Assembly: GCA_964016885.1 (NCBI GenBank)
Contig: OZ024743.1
Location: 132,990,001 to 133,054,000, forward strand
Direction: 5' to 3'
Length of the DNA stretch: 64,000 bases
Source: Eledone cirrhosa
Taxonomy: Eukaryota
How positions within the stretch are numbered: position 1 is the stretch's first letter; the number at the start of each line of letters is the position of its first letter. Made by a program: the position numbers and the translations under genes. Of this stretch, positions 61,531-64,000 are shown one piece after another. The notes below the pieces were generated by a model. That model worked only from the letters and a program-made list of their open reading frames with translations, did not search any database and was not told the DNA's origin.

Positions 61531-64000
61531 ACCAATCACCAAGCACCAAAGAGCAAACACCAAGCCCCAAGCACCAAACACCAAACACCAAACACCAAAC
61601 AGCAAACACTAAACACCAAACACGAAACAGCAAACACCAAACACCAAACATCAAACACCAAACAGCAAACACCAAACAGCAAACAGCAAACACCAAACAC
61701 CAACCAGCAAACACCAAACAGCAAACACCAAACAGCAAACGCCAAACAGCAAACACAAACACCAAACACCAAACACCAAGCACCAAGCACCAAGCACAAA
61801 ACACCAAGCACCAAGCGCCAAACACCAAACACCAAGCACCAAGCACCAAGCACCAAGCACCAAACACCAAACAGCAAACACCAAACAGCAAACAGCAAAC
61901 AGCAAACACCAAACACCAAACACCAAGCACCAAACACCAAGCACCAAGCAACAAGCACCAATCAGCAAGCAGCAAGCACTAAACACCAAACACCAAGCAC
62001 CAAGCACCATGCACCAAACACCAAGCATGAAGAACCAAGCACCAAACGCCAAGCACCAAGCAACAAACACCAAGCACCAAGCACCAAGCACCAAGCACCA
62101 AACACCAAGCACCAAAGACCAAGCACCAAATACCAAGCACCAAGCACCAAACACCAATCACCAAGCCCCAAGCACCAAACACCAAGAATTAAGCACCAAT
62201 CACTAAACACCAAACACCAAGCACCAAGCACCAAGCACCAAATCCCAAGCACCAAACACCAAGCACCAAGCACCAAACACCAAACACCAAGCACCAAGCA
62301 CCAGACACCAAGCACCAAGCACCAAGCACCAAGCACCAAAAACCAAGCACCAAGCTCCAACAACCAAACACCAAGCACCAAACACCAAACACCAAGCACC
62401 AAGCACCAAACACCAAGCACCAAGCGCCAAACACCAAACACCAAGAACAAAGTACCAAACACCAACCACCAACCACCAAGCACAAAACACCAAGCACCAA
62501 GCACCAATCACCAAACACCAAGCACCAAGCACCAAACACCAAACACCAAGCACCAAGCACCAAACACCAAACACCAAGCCCCAAGCACCAAACACCAAAT
62601 ACCAAGCACCAAGCACCAAGCACCAAGCACCAAACACCAAGCACCAAGCACCAAGCACCAAACACCAAGCACCAAACACCAAACACCAAGCACCAAGCAC
62701 GAAACACCAAGCACCAAGCGCCAAATACCAAGCACCAAGCACAAAGAACCAAGCACCAAACACCAAACAGCAAACAGCAAACACAAAACACCAAACACCA
62801 AACAGCAAACAGCAAACACCAAACCGCAAACACCAAACAGCAAACACCAAACACCAAACACCAACCAGCAAACACCAAACACCAAACACCAAACAGCAAA
62901 CGCCAAACATCAAACGCAAAACACCAAACGCCAAACAGCAAACGCCAAACACCAAACGCCAAACAGCAAGCACCAAGCACTAAACACCAAACACCAAGCA
63001 CCAAACACCAAACACCAAGCACTAAGCACCAAACACCAAACACCAAGCACCAAGCACCAAACACCAAACACCAAGCACCAAGCACCAAGCACCAAACACC
63101 AAGCACCAAGCACCAAGCACCAAACACCAAGCACCAAGCACCAAACACGAAGCACCAAACACCAAGCACCAAGCACCAAGCACCAAACACCAAGCACCAA
63201 ACAGCAAGCACCAAACACCAAGCACCAAGCACCAAAACACCAAAAACCAAGCACCAAGCACTAAACACCAAGCACCAAGCACCAAGCATCAAACACCAAG
63301 CACCAAGCACCAAGCACCAAACACCAAGCACCAAGCACCAGGCACCAAGCCCCAAACACCAAGCATCAAGCACCAAACAGCAAACACCAAGCACCAAACA
63401 CCAAGCATCAAGCACCAAGCACCAAGCACCAAGCACCAAACACCAAGCACCAAGCACCAGGCACCAAACACCAAACACCAAGCACCAAGCACCAAACACC
63501 AAACACCAAGCACCAAGCACCAAGCACCAAACACCAAACCACAAACACCAAACAGCATACACCAAACAGCAAACAGCAAACACCAAACACCAAACAGCAA
63601 ACGCCAAAAAGCAAATGCCAAACCCCATACGCCAAACAGCAAATGCCAAACCCCAAACGCCAAACAGCAAACGCCAAGCACCAAACACCAAACACCAAGC
63701 GCCAAGCACCAAACACCAAACACCAAGCACCAATCACCAAACACCAAGCACCAAGCGCCAAACACCAAACACCAAACTCCTAGCACCAAGCACTAAGCAC
63801 CAAACACCAAGCACCAAACACCAAGCACCAAGCACCAAGCACCAAGCACCAAACACCAATCACCAAGCCCCACGCACCAAACACCAAGCACCAAGCACCA
63901 AGCACCCAGAACCAAGCACCAAGCAACAAACACCAAACACCAAGCACCAAGCACCAAACACCAAACAACAAGCACCAAGCAGCAAGCACCAAGCACCAAA

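Larger units (their letters stand above)
46628..64000 (-). repeat. Same heptamer satellite in inverted orientation, (CACCAAR)n on + (right arm), runs off the window end
   Basis: Uninterrupted CACCAAG/CACCAAA units, the reverse complement of the left-arm unit. Variants include CAGCAAA, CGCCAAA, TACCAAG and CACTAAA. Confidence 0.99.

Noticed and set aside
1-64000. All ORF-track entries, including 5843..8158 (771 aa), 33530..36514 (994 aa), 51709..54687 (992 aa) and 54902..58066 (1054 aa)
   Set aside because: They overlap in all frames on both strands with the same heptad peptide and show no domains. Starts and stops are just point variants of the repeat, so they are translation artefacts.
1-64000. 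CRISPR array or repeat-spacer system
   Set aside because: There are no unique spacers, no 23-50 bp direct repeat distinct from the satellite, and no cas or other genes.
29000-64000. Perfect palindrome or fold-back read chimera centred at 46629
   Set aside because: Variant units are not mirrored beyond ~28 bp and the arms have different higher-order structure. An assembly misjoin of two real arrays is still possible.
1-64000. Cyanobacterial STRR heptamer repeats or a bacterial VNTR
   Set aside because: Those are short tracts embedded among genes, whereas this is at least 64 kb of gene-free array with multi-kb higher-order structure.
1-64000. Basecalling or low-complexity artefact
   Set aside because: Rare variants recur in the same order at fixed kb-scale offsets, which random error would not produce.

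Overview
The whole 64 kb is one degenerate 7-bp simple satellite, consensus (TTGGTGY)n, made of interspersed TTGGTGC and TTGGTGT units. I found no unique sequence, no credible gene, no RNA gene, no mobile element and no CRISPR array. Positions 1-46628 carry the G/T-rich strand on +. At 46628 the array flips with no spacer, and 46628-64000 reads (CACCAAR)n. Rare variant units act as a barcode and reveal nested higher-order repeats and duplications (offsets 168, 329, 770, ~2000, 2168, 3291, ~5330, 5797, 6559, 8597 and 8999 bp). The two arms share an ancestral pattern but carry different diagnostic variants, so the right arm is not a mirror copy of the left. All ORFs in the track are artefacts of a stop-free heptamer. 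The size and purity suggest eukaryotic heterochromatic (peri)centromeric or (sub)telomeric satellite, but the organism cannot be determined here. I see no protein-coding system; the best lead is the G-rich to C-rich polarity switch and its fine structure. Offsets come from matching ORF-track coordinates and by-eye marker checks, so boundaries are approximate.
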